Assembly (NCBI GenBank): GCA_049999805.1 | Contig: JBNGIO010005882.1 | Coordinates: 1 to 61,156, forward strand | Length of the DNA: 61,156 nt | From: Folioceros fuciformis | Lineage: Eukaryota | Reading direction: 5' to 3' | Part shown: positions 12,800-24,773 of the stretch, piece by piece | How the letters are laid out: each line of letters starts with the position of its first letter | How positions within the stretch are numbered: position 1 is the first letter of the stretch | Program-made: the position numbers and the translations under genes | The notes under the pieces: generated by a model | What the model was told of the DNA's origin: nothing | The model's database searches: none | What the model saw: only the letters and a program-made list of their open reading frames with translations

Positions 12800-13622
12800 T
12801 AGGTCATGAACTAGTCTGGTAGGAAGGTTCATGTGATAAGTCATCGAGCCAAGAACCCTACCAAAAGCACAAACGAGGGTACTCAGTGGATGAAGCAATC
12901 TGCTTACATATAATCGTGAGTTGGCCTCTGCACCAGCACAATGATTCAGAAGACTTACCTCTCTTATGAGGATATATGTTTTAGGTGTTGTCAGCTTCAG
13001 AGGCGTAGTCGACTTTACCACTATACCAGAGCATGGATAGTTCCTGCAGAAGATGTTTTATCTCAGACTCAAGTAGTGGGAACATGGTTGGATCCCTTGA
13101 TGGAAACTTGGCTATCCAGTCTTGAAGATCCATGATTCGACACTTCGCAGTCTTGAGCGCTTCCTCGGCCTCTTCACACTTCTTCACCGTCTAGAGGAGA
13201 TAACACACCAAGTTCCTGTCTGATTGTGTTGGCCACTCTGCAGGTGTCTCTACCGCTTGTGTCTCGCCAGGCGCAATGCAGTTACTTTGTTGCTGTGATG
13301 ACTCTTCTCGTCGATGCTCTTGACAGCCTATGCCTCTGTTCCTCTTGCGCGCCATCATTGCTTGTGTTTAGGACAACTTCTGCAGCAGCTAAGTATAGCG
13401 TTAGTGTGACAAGAGAGAAAGGCAAACAACTCCGTCTTTGGCCAGCTCCAAGACGTCATGTGGTTCTTGGCCAAAGTCGGATCGACAGACAAGACGCCTG
13501 TGTGCCTTCCCACTTGCACAGCATTAACACTTGCATCTCATCTCATCATGAGAAAGTGCGAGGGTTTATGATGAACTAGGGTTTAAGAAAATCTCCTCTA
13601 GCGTTGTTAGGTTAAGGAGGGG

Positions 13623-13813
13623 TGTTAGAGGTTATATCAGTAACCTATGGTTAACCTAACTCGGTTAATGAACCGATAGGGTCAACAAAACTCAGACTAT
13701 AAAAACAACACTGTGCTACTATTCATATATACATTATTTCTATATATGCTCTCTTGCATTTTTGGTCTGTAGACATATCTTTTTGTATGTCCTCACACAT
13801 ATAGAAAGTATCA
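13623..13813 (+). repeat. Copia-B 3' LTR
   Basis: TGTTAGAGG...AAAGTATCA, preceded by the PPT. Confidence 0.92.
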
Positions 13814-13919
13814 GTTTAGTTAGGGTTATTAGTGTAGGTTAGTTGAAGAGACATGACTTTGGTACATGTGGTATATACAGGACACTTTTTGGAATATATT
13901 ATTAGTGTGTAACTTTACA

Positions 13920-15443
13920 GGAAGATAGTTGGGCACGCAAATGCCCAAATTTACTAACAAAAAGTGCAACGGGTTCCCCTTCCTTCAACTTTAGATTATA
14001 AAACTCCTATCGAGCAGCGTATAAGGTCATCATGTTATGAACCTTGTAAGTTTTGCTAAGTTGGCTCCAAATTTCATGAGCATTACTAAGAAATTCAACT
14101 TCAAGGACAAGGTCAGCATCAAGTCCAGAAATGAGCAAGGCGATGGAGATACCGTTAAGTGGATCCTATCGTGCCTTTTGTCCATTTGGTGCTAAAGAGC
14201 CAGTGACAATGATTTGTGCTGAAGTCTCTGGATCAAGGAATGTTCCACTGACAACATCCCAAACTCCTCGCGCAACCAAAGTAGACTTCATGCGAACCCT
14301 CCATTTATCAAATTTTGTCCCATTGAAATGGTCACGTTCTTTTAATTCAGAGGTAAACACAGATGCTTAAACAGGAGGAATTGGTCCAAGGGTAAACTGC
14401 ACGGGTAATCTAGAGGGAGGTGGAGAAGGGGATGCCATAACAAGGAGCGCAACCAAACATGCCAAAAAAAGTATGTACAGAATTGTATTGTTAAAATTAG
14501 GATTTAGTTGGCATAAAATACCAGCCGACCAACTAACTAACTCAAAACGTCCCTTGAAATCTCAAGTATGTCCATGAAAGTTGATAGGGCGCGCGAAGAC
14601 CTAACCTCTTTAGCCCCTCCAACCTTCGGCAAATAGCAATCAAGGAACAGGGCCACCAACATGCCCTTGACGCGAAGAATTCTATGTAGCCTTAGAAGTA
14701 AGGTCCATAGATCATAGCAATTTAGTGAGACAATGAATGCCTTGGTCAATATCCAAATTACATTGCATAATGCCGTGCTGCAGCCTTTTCTCTAAGTAGT
14801 GAAGAGCAGATAGAAACAAATCTTGATGCACGCATAGCTGGAAAATCTTAGATTCAATACGAGCAAATGCAGGCTAAATCAAAGATGCAATAGATGCAAT
14901 AGAAAAATCTCCCTCACGATCTGAGTGTGTTGCATCATAAGTAAATGTCTAATTTGCAACAAAAGGCGCTTGAAAAACGAATGATCTCGCAATCTGTCTT
15001 CAAAATCAAATTCTTGAAATCGCTGTGATGGCTTTCGATACTGCTTCAGCTCTTGTATATGTCTCTGACAAAACACACGGCCAGGAGTATGAAACTCATC
15101 AAAGTTTCTCTGATTTCTATAACTGTTCTAATGAGAGGGAGAACGAAACACTCCATGACACGGCCTCGGATGTGTCTCGACCAATCCCTTCAAGGGAGGC
15201 ATATTACAAAAGGCCGAAGCTAGTATCATACACTTGGCTCTGATACCATGATCATAAACGGCAGGAACGATAGGTGCGTAGATCACTGCTTACAAGGCTG
15301 TGCATTCGACAATGTGTCATAGCGGAAGCAAGAAGAGTGACCGTGATTAATTTGAAATGCAAACACACACAAGTATTTACAGGGCTAACCTTGATAGCAT
15401 TAAAGTAAAGATGTTTAACCAATAAAGGGTTACTTTCTTAACA
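13920..15443 (-). mobile_element. Ty1/Copia host element Copia-C, 5' part (LTR, PBS, leader, gag start)
   Basis: LTR 15249-15443 (TGTTAAG...GATCA on the - strand) and PBS TGGTATCAGAGCC 15236-15248. gag FTSELKERDHFNGTKFDKWRVRMKSTLVARGVWDVV is homologous to the Copia-A and Copia-B gag and is cut at 13920 by Copia-A. Confidence 0.85.
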
Positions 15444-15997
15444 ACTTTGAGTGAAGAGTTCCTATGAAACTTTCAACATGATAAGAAGAACGTTATTTTT
15501 GTCTAATAAGGTGGAAGGAAGAACCATTTTGACTCGTAATTTATAAAATTATAAATTAGATAAAATCAATTATATCCATATCAACTATAAAATCTCAAAC
15601 AGCTTGGAGAGAAAATTAAAAACAAAAATGAAAGAGAACCAAGCAAACCATTGTACGATGCAGCATACAATAGGAGAAAAAAATATCTCACTAAATAACA
15701 ACCACGCTATACATATGAGCTTCAAGATACCACCAAAATGTTTCTTGTGAAAAATTGAATAGCTTCTTTGAGCGGAATTTTTTCACCCTGGTTTTCGGGT
15801 TAGATGATTGTTTTTTAAAATTTCCTCGATTTAATAATTTAGTCTCCATTTGACCGTAAAAGTGCACTGAAAACAGTGGTGGACTTCAGTTTCAGTATAA
15901 GACGTGCTGGCATACCAAACCGCTCGTTGGCGCAGCAAATTCTTTTTCAACGTCCAGCGGTTGAAGCATAGCGCTCTCGCAGCCTGGGGCCCCGGCT

Positions 15998-16006
15998 AAA
16001 CCCTAA
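15998..16006 (+). promoter_or_regulatory. Telo-box AAACCCTAA upstream of ABCE
   Basis: Exact motif about 70 nt before the ATG. Telo-boxes are typical of plant translation and ribosome-biogenesis gene promoters. Confidence 0.45.
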
Positions 16007-16078
16007 ACCTTGGACAGATAGATCCAAGCCGAGGCCTGTGGCGTAATTGGAGTGAAGGCGTGCACCGGGTGCTTCGAC

Positions 16079-18952
16079 ATGGCGGACAGGTTGACGAGGA
16101 TTGCTATTGTGCAGGCGGATAGGTGCAAGCCCAAGAAGTGTCGGCAGGAATGCAAGAAGAGTTGTCCTGTCGTGAAAACGGGTTTGTGATCTCAATTGGC
16201 CTTGACCAATTCGTGTGAACTGGACGCATGTCTGCGGAGCTGTTTTTCTTTAAAGAATGAATTTGACCTGCCGCCTCTCGATCGTGGCGCAGGCAAGTTG
16301 TGCATCGAGGTGTCAGCGGCATCCAAAATTGCCTTCATCTCCGAGGAGCTCTGTATCGGTTGCGGCATATGTGTCAAGGTACACGTCGTGCCATGTACCG
16401 GAACTTCGGGACTCGGTACAAAACTTGGTCGGGATCCGCGGACCTATCGTGTTCGCAGACATGTAAATAACACGTGAATGCTCGTGATGTAGAAATGTCC
16501 TTTTGAGGCCATTGCCATCATAAACCTGCCTAAAGACCTGGATAAGGACACAACTCATCGATATGGCCCAAACACGTTCAAGTTACATAGGTTGTTATCA
16601 TTCCGTTGTCGTGTATTGTTGTTGCTTAAGCACAGATTCTGGACTTATGCAGCAGCTTACAGGTTGCCTGTGCCAAGGCCTGGACAAGTCTTAGGTCTGG
16701 TCGGAACCAATGGTATTGGCAAGTCTACAGCTCTGAAAGTGCTTGCGGGAAAGTTGAAGCCCAACCTTGGGAGATTTGATGTAAGTGCCCATGGATTTCT
16801 CCCATCCCTTGGACCTGAGCTCTGCACGTGTATGGTTTAGTATGCTGAATTTTTTAATGTGGTTGCTTCCTGATCTGCGGCATTGGCTCATTGGTCTCAG
16901 AATCCACCTGATTGGCAAGAGATTCTGACCTATTTCAGAGGTTCCGAACTTCAGAACTACTTCACCCGCATCCTTGAGGATAATCTGAAGGTTTGCATCA
17001 GAATCGTGGATGTTATCTCAGTCCCAAGTAGCTGTTAGATTAGCAAAAGGTCCGGAGCTGAAGAAAATTTGCTCTTGCAGGCAATCATAAAGCCTCAGTA
17101 CGTGGATCACATTCCTAAAGCTGTGAAGGGCAATGTTAAAGAGGTCCTGTCTCAGAAGGATGAGAGGGACCTAAGGGAAGCTCTTTGCAAGGACCTTGAC
17201 CTGAATCAGGTGCTGGATCGTGACGTTGGGGATCTCTCTGGAGGGGAGCTGCAGCGTTTTGCCATAGCAGTTGTGGCTGTGCAGCTTGCTGAGATTTACA
17301 TGTTTGATGAGCCATCAAGTTATCTTGATGTTAAGCAAAGGTTAAAAGCTGCCCAAGTGGTACGTTCTCTCCTCCGACCGAACAGGTGAGTTTTTCTACT
17401 ACAAGGCTTGCCAATTGTTTTAGCTTCTGGGGCTGATGACGTATCAACGGGCAAGACGTTCTTATCTTTTCGGTTTTCTTTTCGTAGCTATGTGATCGTT
17501 GTGGAGCACGACTTGAGTGTTCTTGACTACTTGTCGGATTTTATATGCTGTCTCTACGGAAAGCCTGGGGCATATGGAGTTGTGACTCTCCCATTTTCAG
17601 TTCGAGAAGGAATAAATATATTTCTGGCTGGTTTTGTACCCACTGAGAACTTGAGGTTCAGGGACGAGTCATTGACATTCAGGGTATGCACTCAGCTCAT
17701 TATGAATTCTGTGTTGCATGTGTAGCCTGTTTCTCTTGCGGGATGGCAGGAATGTGATATTTTCTGTCATGGATTCCCTGCTGCATAGCTAATACTGGTA
17801 TGTCACATGTTGCCCACGTCTTCCACCTGTAAATGAGTGCTCTTTTTAATTTTAAGGTGGCGGAGACCCCTCAAGAAAGTGCTGAGGAGATAAGGACATA
17901 TGCACGATACAGATATCCGAACATGACGAAGACACAAGGTGCCTTCAAGCTGGCCGTGAAGGAGGGAGAGTTTACGGATTCTCAGATTATCGTGATGTTG
18001 GGTGAAAATGGGACAGGGAAAACCACCTTCATTCGAATGCTGGTTAGCTAACTTGCGGTTTGAAAGGAGGTTGTTTGTTGTGTCTAGAGGTCTTAGTTGG
18101 ACATGACCTGGAATATTGGTTTGCAGGCTGGGCTCTTGAAGCCTGACATGAAGGATGACACAGAGATTGAAGTGCCCGAATTCAATGTATCATACAAGCC
18201 TCAGAAGATAAGTCCAAAGTTCGGCTCAACTGTTCGGCATTTACTGCACCAGAAGATACGGGATTCTTACATGCATCCACAATTCAACACTGATGTCATG
18301 AAGCCGCTGCAAATAGAAGCTTTGATGGATCAACAAGTTGCAAATTTATCTGGTGGTGAGCTTCAACGGGTGGCGCTGTGTCTATGTCTGGGAAAGGTGA
18401 GATCAGGATCTAATCTCCTCAGCCATGCATTTGATTGTGCGGAATCCAATCACAGCTGGATTTGCGCTGTAAGCTGACAGGTTGGGATTTTGTTGGTGTA
18501 CAGCCCGCTGATATCTATTTGATAGATGAGCCAAGTGCCTATCTGGATTCTGAGCAGCGTATCGTGGCAGCTAAAGTCATCAAGCGATTTATATTACATG
18601 CAAAGAAAACTGCCTTTGTTGTCGAGCACGATTTCATCATGGCAACTTATCTGGCAGACAGGGTTATTGTGTATGAAGGGCAGCCATCAGTTGACTGTGT
18701 TGCAAATACGCCCCAAAGTCTTTTGACGGGAATGAACCTCTTCTTATCTGTAAGGAGGTTGCTTCGTGCAATGGCGTTAAATTCTTTGTCTGACAAGTTT
18801 GCTAGTCACACCCAAGTTTGTCTGTTTTGCAGCATCTGGATATTACTTTCCGGCGAGACCCAACCAATTACAGACCCCGGATAAACAAAGCCGAGTCTAC
18901 TAAAGACAGAGAGCAAAAGTCTGCTGGATCTTATTACTATCTTGACGACTAA
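16079..18952 (+). CDS. ABCE2: ABC transporter E family / RNase L inhibitor (ribosome recycling factor), ~11 exons
   Basis: [27 protein letters not shown] and [11 protein letters not shown] (two Fe-S clusters), Walker [10 protein letters not shown] and [17 protein letters not shown] signatures, C-terminus GSYYYLDD*. Approximate exons: 16079-16181, 16293-16378, 16493-16590, 16663-16780, 16901-16990, 17081-17385, 17488-17682, 17857-18042, 18127-18396, 18504-18749, 18833-18952. Confidence 0.97.
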
Positions 18953-20074
18953 GTACCACTCTGCCCTCAAGCTCAGTTCTATTTTGCTTAATTTGGCTTA
19001 AGTTACGTTTGGTGCTTGTTGGGTCCGTTGTTAGAGAGTATGTGGTGGCTTGTGCAGGGCTGCACCTTGGATCTTGGCTCTCTTTATCTGGCCAAACAGC
19101 CTGGTGATCAGTGGTCGTTCACGTGCTTTAGGTGAAGTTGTGGGTTATAGACCTACATAGCCCTTGCTGGTTGCATTGGCTGGTAACAAGCGGCTGACCT
19201 AGCTTGAGTGTTTTGTTCGTTGCAGATGAATTTGATGTGGAATGCGAACGAACATCTGGAAACCTGAGATTCCGGGGGCTGTGACATACATGCCGGTTGT
19301 CTTTTGAATAACGGGTTTGGCGTCCTCTTACTTATGGGGTCGGGGGCATCTCCTTTTCGTTGAGCTGTTTCGAAACTGCAGGGAAGGTGAAATCATTTGG
19401 AGTTGGAATCACTTGTCCTGACTGTCCCGGAATAAGCCAGGGGGTAGGTTAAAGCTTATGAGTTGGGTTCCTTCGGTATGCTAGTGGACGTAATGAATCC
19501 ATTATCACTAAAATCTTCATGCTTAGAATCGCCGGCACTTAGCATGGCGGCGTAAGCTGCAATTTGAGGCTTTCGCATACCGGAGACCTGTGTGCGCTTC
19601 TTGGCTCTTCTATTTTTTGACCGCGAGTTATGGGCTATGCACCTGTATTATCAGGACGTTGGTCAGAGGTATATCTTAAATAAGCGATTCCTTTCGTAGA
19701 TCTGCTTATGTAGTGAAAGAAAAAAATATTGGATACGGAAACGTTAACTCTACAACTACTGAGCAACTCAATTTGTCGTATTGATATGGTTGCCGCATGT
19801 GTCTTTATCTTTGTACCTTGGCTGAGAATAGGGCAAACTAGTAGCCTGACCATCTCACCTTCGAACGCGAATGTGTTTTTTTTGGGCCCATTTCGAGCAG
19901 ATCTGTATGCAGGAGGAGAGTGTGAGAGATCGAAAAGGAGAAAAGAGAACGTGAAGTCTTGAATCCCGATTCCTGACTCAAATTTTATGTTCCAAAACGA
20001 TGCGCGTAACCGAGGTCGCTCCGCGATCATGCTTGCTGGGCGTCACGATACGTGGGTCCACGATTTGTAACAGC

Positions 20075-20760
20075 GACGAGACGTGACGAGATGAGACGAG
20101 ACGAGACGAAACGAGGCGAGTGGAGGGGAGGGGAGAGAAGAAGGCACTGAAATGAGAGTGGGAGCTTGTTGGAAGTGTAGATTCACCCTCCTCTCCTGTA
20201 CATGGCCGAATCCAACGCGGTAGAGCTAAGATGAACTTTAGACGTTCAGTGCGCTTCCTCTTTGCCACATGAATACCACGGAAGGCGTTGCCTTGCCTTG
20301 CCTTGCCTTGCCTGTGTCATCAGCAGGACAGCTTGTTTCCGTACGAAGCCCTGCAATCAGCTCTGAAGGAAGATTAATCGCTTTCCGATGTTTCAGCAAT
20401 CATTGGTGGCCATGGCAGCCACGTCATCTCCTTCCCGTTTGTTTTTTGTGTAAAAAACTCTTGGAGTGTCCCCCTAATTAAGCACTTACTCATTCATTCA
20501 TTCATTCATTCATGTCCATCATGTCCACTAACCAGCTGCCAACGACTTAATAAGTCTCCTTCCTGGAATCAGCAAATGCAGCGCAGTTGGACTGGGACTG
20601 GGACTGGGACTGGGACTGGGACTGGAACGAGTTTAGGGTTCACCTGTATCCATGCTTTGCTAAACTGGTCACGTTGGCGCCAAAAGGTTTCGCGTTTGTC
20701 TCCGTTGTCGTTCCCATGTCCAGCATATAGTGTCCTGTCCTGTCCTGTCCTGTCCTGCAA
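20075..20760. repeat. Cluster of microsatellites (GACGA, CCTTG, CATT, ACTGGG, TGTCC)
   Basis: Short tandem runs directly visible in the upstream region of the PB1 gene. Confidence 0.85.
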
Positions 20761-21828
20761 TTGTGATGAGAGGGACCACGTTTTCTGCCGGGCTTCTGTC
20801 AGGCACCTTGCTTAACAAATCGCATCAGGTTCCAGGCCATCTCCTCCTTTGCTGCACAGAGGTTCCATCACGGGGCTGCATTCCTTGACGCCAAGCATGC
20901 GCATGCGCATGTGCATGAACATGCGCGTTCAACATCTGGTGCCCGCGCGCATCTTGGCATAGCATCCAGGGCTCCTTCACCGGCAGTCCCTGAGGGGGGA
21001 ATATCCCGCGCGCGGGCTCCTCGTCCTCAACGCTGCATACAGAGGCGGCGACGAATGCTGTCAAGAGGGATGCAAACTGTCAGTGACAGTCGCACGGTTG
21101 GCTAGTACGCTCCCCCCTCTTGCATCACTTCAACTTGATCCAACGCCTCTTGAAACATTCAACCTGAGCATATATATACCACAAGGATTGCTGCAATTCC
21201 ATGTCCAAATGTGCCGCAGCTGCAGCTGTCAGGGCGCCCCAGGTGCTGGAGCATCCTCCAAGGTCCGGGCCCGGACCCGGGACCCGAGCCCGCATTTTGC
21301 TTAGTATTACACGTACATGAGACGAGACAGGTTCCCGAGACGGCAGCGCAGCAGCCTTCTTTCCTCTGTCCTGCTGATTGATTGATGCAAAGCTCCATGC
21401 TTGCACGTAAAGAGGCGGTGAAGAGAGTGGCGTAGGTAAACTGGATGGATGGGGGTCCAGTACTGCTCCCGCGAGAGTGTTGGAGTGGTTGCATACACAG
21501 GGAGTGTTCCTTGGCTCCGAATAACGTCTCCCGGGGGGACGTGGAAGAACCCGGGGGGCCTCCAAAATTAAGTAATTTTTTTTATCATATAATACGTATA
21601 AAGGAAGGAATGGAGGAAGGAAAGATTAAAAACAAAACAAAATCAAAGTATGATGGGGATGGTTAAGAAAATGTGAGCTGAGGTGAGGTAAGTTGAAGTC
21701 ATTAGTAGCCCTAGGCAAGGTGAAGGCGAAGGCCGTGGCGCGCGCGGTCTGTCTGTCTGTCCCTCCAAGTGCAGCGGAGTGAAGTGCGGGTGGTACCGAG
21801 TGAAGGGAAGGCAAGGCACGTTGGGAGC

Positions 21829-22365
21829 ATGGAATCCGCCAACCATTTTGGCGGTGTCCAGTGGAGAGACGAGCTGGCTATCTCCGACTCTAACGACAGG
21901 GCCGAGAAGCGCGTGGCCCCCTCCTTCTCCCACTGTAAAGTTTTCAGGGAAAGCGAGGAAGTCGGCAGAACCGTCGACCTTGCTCTCTTCACCACCTACG
22001 ACGAGCTGTGCGCTCGCCTAGCTTTCATGTTTGGGATGGACAAAATGGAACTGCAAAGAAATCTGGTATACACCGGCAAAGAAGGCTCCACTCTCCACGC
22101 GGGCGTCGAGCCTTACAGGTTGGTTGTTGTTGTTGCTGTTGCTGTTGTTGTTGTTGAGGCCACGTCTCTCGTTTTCTCGTTTTTCTACCCCGCCATCACT
22201 TGCCCTTGCAAGCCAAGGCCACATTGCATTGCCGCCGACTGGGACTCAGCTGGAGCGTCTGTGTGTGTCAGGACGTTCATGAAGACTGTGAGGCGTCTCA
22301 AAATTTTGTCCGACTCCAGCAGCGCAGCCATGGACTCCATTGCTGCGCCGGCGCCATCGTTTTGA
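21829..22365 (+). CDS. Stand-alone PB1 (Aux/IAA-ARF dimerisation) domain protein of class-C ARF type, ~127 aa, 2 exons
   Basis: Exons 21829-22118 and 22272-22365 (153-nt GT-AG intron) give HCKVFRESEEVGRTVDL...YDELCARLAFMFG...LVY...GVEPYRTFMKTVRRLKIL, resembling the ARF10/16-type HCKVFMESEDVGRTLDL...GDEPF. No B3 domain or GWPP degron was seen upstream. The start codon is uncertain. Confidence 0.8.
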   Translation: MESANHFGGVQWRDELAISDSNDRAEKRVAPSFSHCKVFRESEEVGRTVDLALFTTYDELCARLAFMFGMDKMELQRNLVYTGKEGSTLHAGVEPYRLVVVVAVAVVVVEATSLVFSFFYPAITCPCKPRPHCIAADWDSAGASVCVRTFMKTVRRLKILSDSSSAAMDSIAAPAPSF

Positions 22366-24499
22366 GCTAGCTGGTTAAGCTGGAGGGCGGTTGGTGGAGT
22401 ACCTTCTGCACCTCTGTTTTGCGGAATTGGAATTACTGCGGATTCTACTTAGGAAGTTTTCCCCCCATGTCACTGGGCTCCAGGCTCTGTGACACTCTTG
22501 TCTTCTTCGGACATCCATCTACGGCTCTGTTTTCCCGCGGATTGCGCACAAGGAGGGAGCAGCACTCGACGCACACCTGTGACAAGATCATGTCAACGCA
22601 GCCTACTGGTTTCAGGCATACTTCTTGGTTTCGCTCCCCTGCTGCCATGCTGTTGCTGCAAATCCGGGCTCACCATTTCAAGCTCTGTACTCGCTTTCCT
22701 CAGCTGCCAGCGCCATGCTTATAAGCCCTGTTTCGGACTCTGTACAGTTTGCGTCAATGCGCACAGCTGTTGCCGGCGGCGCCTCATACAACAACAAGTC
22801 TGGAGCTCTGAGACTACTTACTGTTCTTCCAAATCCTGGTTGCTCTTGGGCCCAGCTGAGCCAAGTACGTACGTAAGCTGCGGCTGTAGCATGCTCTACT
22901 TTTGGCCTGCACCTGTATTTTCGCCCCTGTCTCTTATCTGGACCTTGTTGCTTGATTACCATAATACCGGCGGGCAAGCCTGCAACTTCTCAGTGCCGTT
23001 TCACTTGACTTGCATCCAAGGGGCATGATTTCATAGTCCGCACACAACATGTGCTTTGGAACTACCACCCAACACTCCACTTGGTGTGTCACCTGACTTA
23101 GGGTGGCCTCCTGCACGTGGGAGGCAAAGCTCACCAACACCAAGCTGCGACACCTCTCTTCCTCGCGACACCGTCCCCCCATTCACAGTCTGCGCACTTC
23201 TATGACGCTTGCAAGTGCCAGCCAGCCACAGTAGCATGGCACCAAACCCTTCATCTGACCCTGACGTGCGTGCTGGACCTATCGCCAGCCTCCCCTCGCT
23301 GTCATAGCAATGTCACATCCAATTCGGAATGTGCTTGGCAAGAACCGTCGCAGCAATCACCACTCTCTCTTTTCTCCTGTAAACCTCTGTATCGTGGCAA
23401 ATTAGAGGACGGGTCTTGACATTCGATGCGTGCCAGAGTGCGAATCTCACGGGAGAGAGCAACACCTCTTCTTGCAGTACACATGCGAAGGCTCAGCCCA
23501 GCAAGTCCATACTGTCTGTCGGACGGGTCTTGAAATTTCGAGCGGAAGCCGGGTCGCTTATTGTTTTTTTGGCCATGGGGTGGGAGCATATCGAGGACTT
23601 GAATGATGAGGTATTTGATGGCGATGGCAAGCCTGTGAGTAGAGTGAGTAGCTGCTACTACAACCATCATCGCCGGGAGACGTTCGCTTCACAACACAAA
23701 AAGCTTACGATCAACGGTCCGCCGCAGTTTGGCGCACAACCAATGCGCTACGCGATTTGCCTTTCTGCGATTAAATATCATTCGGCGTAAATTAAGTTCA
23801 AATTAACAAATATTGAAACATAATAATAATTAGTTTATTGTCATCCGCATTCAGAATGTAGAGAAAATTGTATTGACCAGAAACGAAAAATGAGGAAAAG
23901 CTCCGTCCTAGCTGCGATTCGGATGCCGAGTACTGGTTGAGATGCGCAGGCAGGCCGGGGGGATCTCAGCAGCTGGGTTGTCGAGTAGCTACAATCGGGA
24001 GCCTAAACCTAGAGCTCATCTTCTCAGTTGTTGTTGAGCACATGAAGAATGTGTGAAGAAGGCATTGGAGTGCATGAGAAGGTCTCCATGTCACTTAACA
24101 AGTACTAGCTCCTATTTCTCGCTATGTGAGGCAACTCCTTTACTTCATGCAAACAAGCGAGAACATCTCTTGCAACTTTAGCACCTCTCCTCTCTCTCTC
24201 TCTTCATTTTAAGAAATTTGAATGCAAGGATTGCTCGTATGTTTTTGGGATAGCTGCCTTGGTTGCATGAAAACATCACCCACCTTCCCTACATACGAAA
24301 GGTTCAGTGAGATTTAAGAAAGGTACTTGTTTAAGAAACTAGGGCTTGCACACAAAACTACAAAGTCTTTTATCACCTAGATTGTATAAAGTCTTTTATT
24401 GTACAAATTGTATTTGAAGAAAAGAGGTGAAGACTACATTTTTAACTATATTAAAGATATTGAATATCCCTTTTGTTGTTGAAACGTCTAGTGCAATCG

Positions 24500-24773
24500 T
24501 AGGAAGATAATACCATATAGTATTTGTCTTTAAGATATTAATTCAAATGAGAAGGTGATCAATGTCAAATTATTTGGTAACCTTTTCCATAATGAAGAAT
24601 GTTTTATGCCGTGGATGAAAATCAAATACATATGTCCCAATTGTAGAGGAGAACTTTTCAATTATGGTTTTGAAAAACTAGACCACGTAAGAAGAAACCA
24701 AGAGAATCCTCGACGTTTGAATCTTTTGAGTTGTGGAATGGAAAAGTTAGGTATTTGGTCTATGAAAGTCTAA
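24500..24773 (+). pseudogene. Degenerate RING-H2 zinc-finger fragment
   Basis: LFHNEECFMPWMKIKYICPNCR resembles the C-terminal half of RING-H2 (HxFHxxCIxxW...CPxCR). The N-terminal ligands are missing and the context is AT-rich. Confidence 0.4.

Larger units (their letters stand above)
9069..13813 (+). mobile_element. Ty1/Copia LTR retrotransposon Copia-B, internally deleted, nested in the 3' LTR of Copia-A
   Basis: 191-bp LTRs at 9069-9259 and 13623-13813 (about 11 differences by manual count). PBS TGGTATCAAAGC 9260-9271, polypurine tract AAGGAGGGG before the 3' LTR, and a degenerate 5-bp TSD GTAGA (9064-9068) / GTTTA (13814-13818). Confidence 0.92.
3066..13919 (+). mobile_element. Ty1/Copia LTR retrotransposon Copia-A (decayed), 3' LTR split by Copia-B
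   Basis: 5' LTR 3066-3190 and PBS TGGTATCAAAGC 3191-3202 (tRNAiMet type). gag-PR-IN-RT-RH remnants follow. The 3' LTR is in two pieces, 9046-9068 and 13819-13919, both matching the 5' LTR. No matching TSD was found. Confidence 0.9.

Noticed and set aside
17420-17470. TGATGA box-C-like motif in an ABCE intron (snoRNA?)
   Set aside because: No downstream box D (CTGA) or terminal stem within the short intron.
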